DNA of 64,000 nt from the human T2T-CHM13v2.0 reference genome, Homo sapiens: NCBI RefSeq assembly GCF_009914755.1, contig NC_060939.1. The stretch is one strand, 5' to 3'. The notes beneath the pieces were generated by a model. That model searched no databases, was not told the origin of the DNA, and was given only the letters and a program-made list of their open reading frames with translations. The position numbers and the translations under genes are program-made. Below are positions 1 to 13,331 of the stretch, one piece after another (the stretch's first letter is position 1; each line of letters starts with the position of its first letter).

Positions 1-610
1 GTGTCCAGTGGATAGGGATGGCGGTGGGGAAAAGGAGAATACACTGGCCATTTATCCTGGACAAGCTCTTCCAGTCTGATGGAGGAGGTTCATGCCCTAG
101 CCTAGAAAGGCCCAGGTCCATGCCCCCCATCTTTGAGTTATGAGCAAGCTAAAAGAAGACACTATTTCTCACCATTTTGTGGAAATGGCCTGGGGAACAA
201 AGACTGAAATGGGCCTTGAGCCCACCTGCTACCTTGCAGAGAACCATCTCGAGCCCCGTAGATCTTTTTAGGACCTCCACAGGCTATTTCCCACCCCCCA
301 GCCAAAAATAGCTCAGAATCTGCCCATCCAGGGCTGTATTAATGATTTATGTAAAGGCAGATGGTTTATTTCTACTTTGTAAAAGGGAAAAGTTGAGGTT
401 CTGGAAGGATAAATGATTTGCTCATGAGACAAAATCAAGGTTAGAAGTTACATGGAATTGTAGGACCAGAGCCATATCATTAGATCAGCTTTCTGAAGAA
501 TATTCTCAAAAAAAGAAAGTCTCCTTGGCCAGATAACTAAGAGGAATGTTTCATTGTATATCTTTTTTCTTGGAGATTTATATTAACATATTAAGTGCTC
601 TGAGAAGTCC

Positions 611-1416
611 TGTGTATTATCTCTTGCTGCATAATAAATTATCCCCAAACTTAGCAGCTTAAAATAACTAACATTTATTATCTCCCACAGTTTCTGCAGG
701 TCAGGAATCTGGGAGCAGCTTAGCCAAGTGGTTCTGGCTCGGGGTCTCTGGTGAGGTTGCCATCAAGCTGTCGGCCAGGGCTGCAGTCATCTGAGTCTTG
801 ACTGGGTCTGGGGGACCTGCTCCAAGCTCGCTCATGTAGCTGCTGGCAGGAGCCCTCAGTTCCCTGCCATGTGGGCATCTCCACTGGACTACTTATAACA
901 TGGCTTCCCCAGAACAAATGATCCAAAAGAGCAAGGGTGAAGTTGCTGGGGTTTTTTTCTTTCTTTCTTTCTTTCTTTTTTTTTTTTGAGACGGGGTCTT
1001 ACTGTGTCACCCAGGCTGGAATGCAGTGGCCCCATCATGACTCACTGCAGCCTCAAACTCCCTGGGCTCAGGTGATCCTCCTGCATCAGCCCCTGAGTAG
1101 CTGGGACTACAGGTGCACACCATCATGTCTGGCTAAGTTTTGTATTTTTGGTAGAGATGGGATTTCACCATGTTGCCTAGGCTGGTCTTGAAATCCTGAG
1201 CTCAAATGATCCTCCCACTTCGGCCCCACAAAGTGTTGTGATTATAGACATGAGCCACCATGCCCAACCTAAGCTGCTGTCTTCTGTAACTAGATCTCAG
1301 TAGTGACATACCATCGCTTCTGCCATACTTATTGGTCATACAAACCATCTCTGTTACAAAGTGGGAGAGACTACACAAGGACATGAATACCAGGAGACAG
1401 GATTCATGGCCACCAC
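611..1416 (-). mobile_element. MLT1F-like ERVL-MaLR LTR, split by an Alu at 952-1269
   Basis: Resembles reverse MLT1F consensus (tgtattat..ttgctgc..aaattatccccaaacttagcagcttaaaa...cagttccctgccatgtggg); continues after the Alu (catcgcttctgccatacttattggtcatacaaacc...gaataccaggag...ggccaccaca). Confidence 0.8.
952..1269 (-). mobile_element. Alu (AluJ-like)
   Basis: Poly-T then gagacggggtcttactgtgtcacccaggctgg...tgagccaccatgcccaacc. Confidence 0.95.
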
Positions 1417-1884
1417 ATCCTCCAAGAAGAAAAACCATTTAACTTTGTTTCCCAAAGTTATTTATGAATAGACTGTCCCCACTCCTGTAATTCTGTCCTC
1501 ATACCGAGGCACGCCGGTGCTTCTGGGCTGACCACAGCTGGCCATGCCAGGGTGCTGTGCACTGAGACCCTGGCCTGAAGACACTCAGCAGAGATGGCTG
1601 TCTCACTGGAATAGTCAGAGAGCTCTTGTTGTAGGGGCAGGACGGGAGGCACCTCAGGCTCACAGGCAGTTTGTGGGTGCACAGCCAAAAGGAATAAGCA
1701 ACCACTCCATGGGAGTGCCGAGGAGGAGTAATCGGGAGGCCTCCTAGGAGGCTCAGTGCCTTGACCTCCGGTCCTCACAGGACAAATGAGCGGGAAGCTG
1801 GCAGGCTAAGGGTGGCAGAGGGTGCAGGAGCAAAGAGTTTGGGGGTGGCAGAGACCATGAAGCAGGAGGGGAGTTTCCAGACAC

Positions 1885-2080
1885 TCGTGCTCTGGAGCCA
1901 GGCTACCCGAGTTCAAATCCCAGTTCTGCCACTCAGAGTGACTTCAGTGACTTAATAACTTCTTTACGTGCTTTGGTGTTCCCATCTGTAAGATGGGAAT
2001 AAGATTGTCCCCACCTCAGAAGTAGGTACGAATCGGGAGAGTGAAGCACGCCACGCACTACCTGGTCTGTCACCAGGACA
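1885..2080 (+). mobile_element. MIR SINE
   Basis: ctctggagccaggctacccgagttcaaatcccagttctgccact...ttcccatctgtaagatggg core. Confidence 0.7.
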
Positions 2081-2544
2081 CAGCTGCCATTATTCACACA
2101 GGGCCAGAGCTGGAAAGGGCTGGGCAGCCCTCAAACACCAAGTTGAGGAGCTGGGGTGATCTTCAGGGGGCAGTGGGGAAGGTGGGCTGCTTCTCAGTGG
2201 GCCAGGGAGACAAGCAGACCTGGGCAGCTTAAGGATCATTGCTGGGTCCCCTGAGCCCTGAACCCATCCTGGCTCCCCTTGAGCCTGGTACCTACCAATG
2301 CCAGTCTCCTAAGAGGGGCTTCTTGCCATTAGAGGAAGCAGCCAGTCACCCTGCAATGCCTGGATGTGGAAGTGATCATTATAATCTGCCATCATCATGG
2401 GTTCACAGCCCCATTTTATTGGTGAGGAAACAGGCCCGGAGCAGAGAGGTGCTCATCTCAAGCCTGTAGTCAAGGAATGCTGGAGTGTGACCCAGGTTTC
2501 CTGCCTCCTACCCTAGAGACTATTGCATGCAGATTGAAAGTTGA

Positions 2545-2928
<384 letters not shown>

Positions 2929-4189
2929 TCACTGGCCCCACCCTGGCCTTCAAGGAAAACTCTCCTAGTTCTGCTGCCAACCCAAACTCCTACACCCCTT
3001 CCCATTGCAACCCCCAGGCCCGAACTGAGCGTGGGAGTCCCCATGCCTCCCTACCCAGTCTGTTGCCCTGCACTGCTCAGGCCTTGGCCCTTCTGTCTGA
3101 ACTCTGCAGGCTCATAGCAGGCTCCTCTGTGAGGATGTGCTTGGAGCAATGACTAGTGACACTAACTCACTGCCTGTGAGTCCTTACAGGTAAAGAAGCC
3201 GATGCTTACATTAATGGTCATTTGTCCAACCTCTCTGGAGGAAGGAACAAGCCCCCGTCTCAAATGCCAGTCTGGAGCTCTCCCCATGCCCTGGTTGTGA
3301 TGGGCTTTGCTGGAGTGGGCTTGTCCCTTGGGGGACAATATGCATGCCTGAAAGACTGAATTCTGGGGACCCAGGGATCTCAACCTTGAAACTATCTCCT
3401 GTTCCGAAGCTGAGGACTTTCCTGAGGTCCTCGGGTGGCCTCAAGTGTCAGGGAGAGGCCCTGTGGCTGCCTTCTCGGGGGTCTGAGAGTCCAGTTCCAA
3501 CTCCTCAATTTACAAATGGGGAAACCAAGTTCTGGGAGTTGGCCTAGCTGCTGAGTTCAGCGGTGGCAGGACCTGCCGTCCTGCCTCCTCTCCTAGTCTT
3601 GTTGCTTCGCAGTAACTTTGTGGTTTCCCCTAGACCACCCAGGGATCTGGTGACTCAGGCTCCAATGGAGACACTTTCTAAACAAGTCCTGGGTCTCTGC
3701 AGACTGCTGAGGGGAGCCTGGTCCCAGCAGGCCCTGGGAGGCAAGATTGGTAGGACTTACTGCCCCCCAAATCCAAGGGATGCCCCAGGGGGATTTCTGC
3801 AATTGACTAGGTTTTTGGGGAAGGGTTAGTCCCCACGTTCTCCTCTCCCCTCTATTCCATACCCCACTCCGATCTCCAGCACCTCCCCTGCCTTAGTCTC
3901 TGGGTGTGTATGTTGAGGGTAGGAATGGAAGGGTTGACCTAAGGAATGAGAGGAACAGATGGGAAGAGAGAAGGGAACCTGGAGATTTTGGGTTCTTGTC
4001 TCAGATGAGAAAACCTGAGGCCTTGAGAGGGGTTGTGAGTGGCCCAAGGTCACACAGCATGCACACACATTATTCATCTCTGGGGACTTCCTGGTGCTCC
4101 AAACTTCCATAGTCCACTTCCTGCCCATCTGTCCCCTCCGGCAAACTCCCATCCCACACATTGCAAGAGGCATAAAAGCCCTAACTGCC

Positions 4190-4410
4190 TATGGCTGCAG
4201 CTGCCTTGTTCTAATCCCGACCCTGCCACTTAGCAGCTGTGTGACCTTGGGCAAGTTACTTGAGTTCTCTGTCTCAGTTTCCTCATCCGTAAAAGTGAGG
4301 AATAATAATATAAGAGTATCTACCTCCTAGGGTTGTTGGGAGGATTAGATGAACTCGTGCCTGTCAGGCACTCAGACCTGGCCTGTATTAAGCACTCATC
4401 AGGTGTTCAC
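4190..4410 (+). mobile_element. MIR SINE
   Basis: ctgccacttagcagctgtgtgaccttgggcaagttacttgagttctctgtctcagtttcctcatc core. Confidence 0.8.
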
Positions 4411-5644
4411 AGGTATGACTTGGGGGCCTGGAAGGCAGCTCAGGGAGGTAAGTAAAGGTTTGGTGTGGGGACTCCTCAAGTGTGAGGACTCAGATCCAGA
4501 TCCCTGAACTTACTGGTGGCCTTAGGCAGTCACCTGACCTGTGTGAACCCGTTTCCTCAGCTGGGGAGTAGAATCAATGATCCATGGTCACGTCCCTCCC
4601 CTAACAGCTGCTGCCCCTCTCCTGCCACCTCCAATCCATCCTCCACCTGCAGGGATGATCTGCACCCAAATCTGACCCGCTTCTCCTCCAAGTGCCAGGA
4701 TGACTCCCTGTACCCTCAGGATGTACACCTGCCTCTGAGAGTGGCCTGTGAGGCCCTGATGGAATGTGGTTCTGCCCCATCTCAAACCCAGACAACCCCC
4801 TTCAAACACCGCACTCCAGACTTCTCTCTCTGTCTGTCTGTGTCTTCCAGGCCTTTGCCCACGTTGTCCCCTCCTCTCAATCATCTCCCAGCCTACCCCA
4901 TCCAGGCTCTGACCACACTGCTGTCTACTCTTTCTTCCCCTGGAGACTCCTGAGAGCCAGAGATATCTCATATCCCACTGGCCCCCGTGGCCATGGGCCA
5001 GCCCAGTGGCAGATACAAAGGATGGACTCCCTGGATGTTTGTGGAATGAAAAGACCATGGAGGTAGTGGATGTGGGCGAGTTATATAAACTCTAAAGGAC
5101 CAAACATGCATGTAGAGGGGGTTATGTTTATTAGCATCATGTGTCTCCACGACAACCCCCAGCTGGCTTCTCCCTACAGGCCCCTAAGATCACTCACCCC
5201 TCCCCCACCTTCAGGCCCAGGCTCTGGGGGCTCATGGCCTGCAGCCTTATTCTACCCTCTTGAGAGTGTGGTGGCAAGAATTGCTGTTTGCATCTGTTAA
5301 AGTACAGGAGAAAAAAAAGAATTCCTGGTTTGTGGTGGGAGGTGGGCGGGGTGGGGGGACAGTCCATTGGATGAATTAGAACCACAGACTCAGGGAACAT
5401 CTGAACTGGGAAAGGCCTCAGAGTGTGTCTAGTGCCATGGCTATCCCTGAACTGAGGCCCAGAGAGGGCAGGGTGCTAACTAGGGTCACACAGCAAGGCA
5501 GTAGCAAAGGGAGGCCAATACATGACTTGAAGCTCCTTCCAGAGCCAGCCTCAGCAATGCAGCAAAGGCTTCTGGGAAGCCAGCATTGGCCTGAGCAAAG
5601 CAGTTGAGAGGCAAGAAGAGTTGGGGTGCAGATCATGTGTTTCA

Positions 5645-5910
5645 TTTTGTTTTAATTGTGGTGAAATAGAGATAGATATATATATATCATAAAATTTCCC
5701 ATTTTAACCATTTTTAAGTGAACAGTTCAGCAGCATTAAATACATTCATACTGTTGTGGAGTCATCACCTCCATCCATCTCCAGAACTTTTTCTATCTTC
5801 CCCATGTTTTTTACATTTTACTGTGGTAAAATATATATACCATAAAATTTGCCGTTTTAACCATTTTTAAGTGCACAGTCCTGTGGCATGAAGCATATTC
5901 TCATTGTTGC
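5645..5910 (-). mobile_element. Two tandem L1MB-like 3'-end fragments
   Basis: Two copies of tgtggt(g/a)aaata...cataaaattt..ttttaaccatttttaagtg.acagt. Confidence 0.65.
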
Positions 5911-6144
5911 ATTCCCTATGCTTTTTAATGAAGGGCAAATGAAGACAAGGTTTTTAAATCCTTTACCCTGGGATTTTGAGCCCTTGAGGACTTCCAGCAG
6001 CCCTGAGAACCTAGAGGAGGGTGCATGTCACTCTGGCCCATTTGGAGGTTTGGAGGAGGCTGTTGGGGGGTTGGGGAGGGGGTGTTCAGGCTAGGCTGAT
6101 CACCACTAGCGACATAGACTGAAACAGCCTTGTAGCCTCTCTAA

Positions 6145-6492
<348 letters not shown>

Positions 6493-6834
6493 TAGATAAA
6501 GTGCCCAGGATTTCTGAGCCTGAGACTGGAAGTCCATGATCTGAGCAAAGGAGAGATGGTTTTCAACTTGACCTCCTTGGACTCTCTGGGGTACTATGTG
6601 AGACCTGGGTAAGTGATGCTGGGAGAGTTCCCCCTCTTCCCAGGCCTCAATTGCCCTTCAAATGAAAAGTCTGAGCCAGATGGCTTCTGGGGGAATTCAG
6701 GGGCTCAAGAGAACCCCCGCCCTCACCCAAAAGTCTTATGTTCCAAGAGAGGCAGATAAGGTGGACTTTCACGTTGAAACTGCCGAGAGGAGCTGGGACC
6801 ATTGCTAGTAACAGAACTCTTACTTTGCTTAGTG

Positions 6835-7010
6835 ATAATAATAGCAGTTATCATTTACTGAGGGGCTTGTTATGTACTTGTTATGTTTATATTATGTCAT
6901 GTAATCCTTATCCCATTTTATAGATGAGTCTCAGAGAAGTTAAACAAGTTTGCCAAGGTCACACAGCTGGTAAGTATCAGAGCTGGGTCTCACACTCAGA
7001 TCTCTCTTTC
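6835..7010 (-). mobile_element. MIR SINE
   Basis: ttatcccattttatagatgagtctcagagaagttaaacaagtttgccaaggtcacacagct. Confidence 0.75.
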
Positions 7011-7316
7011 CAGAGCTGGTGTTCCTACCCCCACACCCCTGCTGGTGGCAGCACTTCTGAACTTGACTTTCCACAGCTGCTGAGCACACAGGCTTTGCAG
7101 CCAACTTCTGGGGCTGCAGGCCCAGCTTTTCCTCGAGCTAAGAGATGTTACTTGTAGTCTCTGAGCCTCAGTTTTCTCACCTGTTAAAATGGGCATAGTT
7201 AGTAGTTAGGGAAATTACATTAAATGAGTTAATATTTGTGAAGTAGTTAAGCAGGGCCTGGCCCATCGTGAGTGACATTTAGTATTTGTTGAATTTTTTT
7301 AAATAATCATGTTTGA

Positions 7317-7460
7317 GCCAGGCATGATGATGTGCGCCTGTAGTCCCAGCTACTTAGCAGGCTGAGGTGGGAGGATCACTTGGGCCTAGGAGTTTGAGTC
7401 CAGCCTGGGACACATAGTGAGACTATGTCTCTATAATTTAAAAAAATTAAAAATTAAATA
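7317..7460 (+). mobile_element. Free Alu monomer (FLAM/FRAM-like)
   Basis: Single ~120-bp arm plus A-rich tail. Confidence 0.8.
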
Positions 7461-8717
7461 CATAAAATATTATGTCTGTTGCCAGTTTTTTGGGTCAGTT
7501 CTGCTTGAACCAGCAAATTGGAAATGTTTATTTTTAAAATAGTTTTGCTTTCTATTTCTCATCATTGAGCAATGAACAAAATGGAGTTTTTGGAATGCCT
7601 AGGAAAACATGCACATAAACACCACTGCATATATGCGTTCAGTCCAAAATGCATTTTCGTTAACATTTTAACAGAAACACAACTATTCATGAGTCTTTGT
7701 AGAGCAGAAAAAAAAAATATCTTCCAAAATAGGCCATTCAGTGTTGGCCAAGTTCCTTAAGTTGCCTAAAATGGGCAGCATTTTGGTGTTTTCCAAGTAC
7801 AGTGTGTGTATTAGAAGCTGATCTTTTGAAAGTGGTGACTCCCCACTGGCCCCTTATTTCCTTTCCTTCTCTACCAATGGGGCAAAGATGTTTGCCATTC
7901 CTGGCCCTGATGACAGCTATTTTGACCCTTTAAAAATTCTCTGCTTTGTGCTGCCCCAAATATAACATCAATGAATGTCAAAAGCCACATCAGGTCCCCA
8001 GAAAGCTGAGTGGCACTGGGTCTGTCCTGGTGGCTCCTGAACCCTCTTCACTCTAGGGCCCAGGGGCTCTGAGGTCTAGCTCCTAGGACCCCTTGGCACC
8101 ATCTGAGCCCACACCTAGGATCCCTGCTCTGCCCTGGCCATGATGAGAGGTGTCCTTGTCACAGCTTGCAGAAAAGAACCAGACTTGAGCTACGCAGATT
8201 TTTAAATTGAGAAATTGTCAGTCCATATGTCTAGGAAGCTTTGTTCTGTCTGAGTCTGAGCCTGAGTGCTCTGCTAGGTGAGGGCTGGCCCGGGCCTAGA
8301 GGAAGCAGGAGATGTCATCAAACATCTTCTGTGACAGTTTCTAAGCCTTGGGGGTGGACTCCCAAATGACCAGGAGAAACCAAAGACCTCTGAAGTAAGT
8401 TTGTTCTTGAATTTTCCATGGTTGGGGAAAGAGGAGGCACTAGGTACCTGAAGTCCAAAAAGCCAATGAAAACCATCCTTGAACAGAGAGATTTCTCTAC
8501 CTTCTTCATCAAGCCTTATGCCTGAGCTACTGATGATGATGGAGGGGCCAGCTTCAGAGAGAAGTGAAAGCGGACACAGGTTTGAATCCCGGCTCCATCA
8601 TTTTCCAGTTTGTGTGAATTTAGGCATTTCATGTTTCCCCTGAGCCTTGGTTTTCTCATATGTAAAATGGGGATGATGTCCTCTACCATGTAGGAATCAA
8701 ATGAGAAAGCATATCAC

Positions 8718-9141
8718 ATTCAGAGACAATTCTCCATAGGTCTCTCTGAAAATATTGCAAGCAGAAGCACTGATGGCCTTTGTTCTGGACTATATTTTCA
8801 AGGATATATGATAGCTACAAGCATTAGAAAATACAGTATCTCCCTTTGGTGCACGGGCAGGCATGTTTACTGCTCATTATAAAAGATTTGGGTTCCCTAA
8901 GTCCAGGGTTCATCTCCTGTAAGGCACCTCCACTGAGTGTGCAGGTATCACCTGTCTCTCTTGGCATCACAAGGGAAGCTATGATGATGCTCATTCTGTG
9001 TCATGATGAACAGAAAGAAGTCCTTTGTCTCTGACCCAGGAGTCTTGTGTCTTCTCATGTCTTTCATGAAACAGTGACAAGCTAACTTCTTACCTTATTG
9101 AAAAAATGGATAAAATCTCAGATTATTCACAGTTCTTGACA
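8718..9141 (+). mobile_element. ERVL-class LTR (MER76-like), 5' LTR of a truncated provirus
   Basis: gagacaattctccataggtctc...ttataaaagatttgggttccctaag...aaaatctcaga..cacagttcttgaca, followed directly by internal sequence gttttggtga. Confidence 0.7.
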
Positions 9142-9234
9142 GTTTTGGTGATCAGGATGGGGTGCTGACAGAGAAATAGCTTTCTTGAAGAGGAAAGATG
9201 AGGGCCTCACAAGCCAATTCATGCAATTTGAGGG

Positions 9235-9538
9235 AAACCCCATCTCTACAAAAATACAAAAATTAACTGTGTGTAGTGGTATGTGTGTGTGGTCCCAGCT
9301 ACTCAGGAGGGTGGAGGCAGGAGGATCGCTTGAGCCTGGGAGGTCAAGGCTGCAGTGAACCTCTTGGCCAAACTATCAACTGTAGGTTGTACCAACTAGG
9401 CTGGCCATTCAGGAGAAGTAAGAAGTACAAGGCCCAGGAATTGTTAGAGCAGAATCTCAAATTTTCAAAATTGATTTTTTTTTCTTTTTTTTTTGAAGCC
9501 AAGGTCCTCACCTTGGTGCCCAGGCTAGAATGCAGTGG
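9235..9538. repeat. Inverted copy (~304 bp, ~98-99% identical) of 13,002-13,307
   Basis: Manual reverse-complement alignment gives ~4 substitutions plus poly-T length differences; the same peptide appears in ORFs 9276+ and 13012-. Confidence 0.97.
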
Positions 9539-10199
9539 AAATCAGCACCAAACATATTGATCAAATTGTATGGTCACATGGGCAATAAGTGGCCTTCTAT
9601 TTTATTTTAATGCTTGTTAATGAGAAGGATTGGAGAGGTGGTTGCAGGCTGAGTACTGGGAAGTAGATTCAAAGACAGCTGCCAAAACAGTGCCTTGGTG
9701 GTTGTTAACTCTTCTCTGGGCTTCCTCACCAATCTAATGGCCAGCCTCAATCCCTCCCCACTGAAACAAAGAAGCACTAAGCTTTGTTCTAGGTGGGCAG
9801 GAGGTGGCACTGCCTTTCAGATAGCAATTACAGACATGGCCACATGCACAGAGTGAAGGGAGGGAAACTCACTCTTGCTGTGGGCAGAGACCAGAAGGGT
9901 TGTTACAACTTAGGCAGGTTCACTCGAGAGATAAGGGAGTGGGCACATGATGCTTGTGAAGGAAGAAGGACAACACTCAGCCCCTCCTGCCCTCTACCAT
10001 GCCAACTGGAGATGCCATCCATTTGGAGATGAGAGCAATAGGTCTCAGCTTTTTTGCTGTTTATTTGTTGTTGTTGTTTTTACAATGGACCCTGGCTGCT
10101 CTAAGGGAATATATGGGAGTTTTGGTCTGCTTGGGGGGATTTCTCTGAGATAGACAAACACCTGGAGGAAACCACAGATGAAGAATTGGTTGGTATTAG

Positions 10200-10498
<299 letters not shown>

Positions 10499-10865
10499 GG
10501 TATTAGGGCTCTTAATCCTTCATGTTGGGTTTGCAATACCAATGGTGACCCACTAGAGAACGAGAAATTGACCTAAATAAATCTAGATAAATTTTTGCTC
10601 TCAACCCTACCACCCTGGAAAACTCCCCTAGTCCTTATTTTGAAACCACATAAGAAGTTGAAAGATCTTATATTCGGGGCGGCAGAGGCCCTGGGTTCAG
10701 GCGATCTCCTTTAACAGGTTGCTGCACTGTCTGCAGGTGCAGGTCAGGCCCAACTTAGTCTTTGGGCATAAATCCCATGGCCCCAGCCAGAAAATAATGT
10801 GGCTGCAGCTGCTGAGTCAAGGTATCACTAAAATTAAGCTAGAGGTGTCAACAATGATGACTGTA

Positions 10866-11264
10866 TAATATAGTTTGGATATTTGCCCCCGCCCAAATCT
10901 CATGTTGAATTGTAATCTCCAGTCCTGGAGATGCAGCCTGGTGGGAGGCGTTTGGATTGTGGCGGCGGATCCCTCATGGCTTGGTGCTGTCTTTGTGAGA
11001 GTGGGTGAGACCTAGTTGTTTAAAAGTGTGTGGCACCTCTCTCTTACTCTTTCCTCCTGCTTTCACCATGTGACAGGCTTGCTCCCCCTTTGCCTTCTGC
11101 CATGAGTAGAAGCTTCCTGAGGACTCCCCAGAGGCAGATGCAGGCCCCATGTTTTGCTGTCCAGCCCGCAGAACCATGAGCCAGTTAAACATCTTTTCTC
11201 ATAAATTACCTGGTCTTACATATTCAGGTATTTCTTTAAAGCAATGCAAGAATGTCCTAACATA
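10866..11264 (+). mobile_element. MST-family (MSTA/MSTB-like) MaLR solo LTR
   Basis: atagtttggatatttg..cccaaatctcatgttgaattgtaat...gatccctcatggcttggtgctg...agcaatgcaagaatgtcctaacata. Confidence 0.85.
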
Positions 11265-11463
11265 TTAACATTAGAATGTCCCAATATAGGGCTTTGAGTG
11301 GACTGTTTAGCTGGGCCATAAGCAACCACCATGCTGGTTGAAGCCAAAAGTGAATGCACCTTGCTTCCTGGCACTGAAGCACTCTCTCCCTTCATACCTC
11401 TGATTGCTCCCTCCTCTGCTACCCCAACCTCAACTGATCTAAGGAGTAAGATGATTGGGGTGG

Positions 11464-11794
<331 letters not shown>

Positions 11795-12768
11795 CTAAAG
11801 TTGCTCTCATTCAAGCACACCAAGGAACTTTAGAGAGGAGAAGAACTCAAACCTTTATGGGTTTGCGGGAGACAGGCAGCCAAATCAACATCCTACCCAT
11901 GGCGGGAGGGTAGCCTGGGTTCAGCTAATGTACTTGAGTAGGGTTCATTGAGGGAAAGGGAAACTAACATGATACTTTGGGCCATGTCAATATACTGCTA
12001 CTGTGGCTTCTACATCTAAATGGCTGGCAGGAATTGGTGATTCGATGCTTGTGCTTCCCTGTCCCATAAGGGCCATTGAGATTATCTCAATGGGGAAAGT
12101 TCATACACAGAGAAGTGCTGATACCTTCTGGGCCCCACAATCCTAACGACCCCTTTGAGCTATAAGAGCAAAGAGTGACAGGTGATTTTGCTGATTGAAG
12201 CTTCCGGCTAAAGGGAGAAGCTTTGTATGATTTATACTCCTTTATAAATTGTCTGTTAGCTTGCTACTGGGCTTAGCGAAATTGAACACCTAACCAAACA
12301 GGAGCCTTGTGACTGCATGGTCTGATATTCCCAGTTGGGGTGGGTCAACTCAGATTCAATGACTAACAAGGTGGGAAGGGCCCAACAAGTTCTATTCATC
12401 CAATGGGAATGGTAGACTCAACAACATAGTTCACCTGGCCCCAGTAGTATCTCAGCTTTACATCCCTGTGTCCATCTCAAAAAAAAAAAAGTGTATGTTT
12501 GATTGCGGAAAGCACCCAACAATGGGCAGACCACCAAGGTATTTGATGGCCTTCCGTGCTTCCTGCCATCCACTGGCATCCGATACTGCTGAGTGATGGG
12601 ACAACCTCCTCAAAACTCGGGTCGAGGTTTCCAACTCTGTCTCACCATCTCCTAGCCTACACACCTGAGTAAGGCAGTTTGGTCATTGATTCTGGCTGTC
12701 CAGAAAGGGATCATTTACTCTTGGCCACTTTCTGGGTAATGACCAGGATGAAAGAGGTGGGGGGTTTA

Positions 12769-13067
<299 letters not shown>

Positions 13068-13182
13068 TCAATTTTGAAAATTTGAGATTCTGCTCTAACA
13101 ATTCCTGGGCCTTGTACTTCTTACTTCTCCTGAATGGCCAGCCTAGTTGATACAACCTACAGTTGATAGTTTGGCCAAGAGG

Positions 13183-13331
13183 TTCACTGCAGCCTTGACC
13201 TCCCAGGCTCAAGCGATCCTCCTGCCTCCACCCTCTTGAGTAGCTGGGACCACACACACATACCACTACACACAGTTAATTTTTGTATTTTTGTAGAGAT
13301 GGGGTTTTGCCATGTTGCCCATGCTGGTCTC
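13183..13331 (-). mobile_element. Internal Alu fragment truncated at both ends, no poly-A
   Basis: ttcactgcagccttgacctcccaggctcaagcgat...gccatgttgcccatgctggtctc. Confidence 0.85.
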
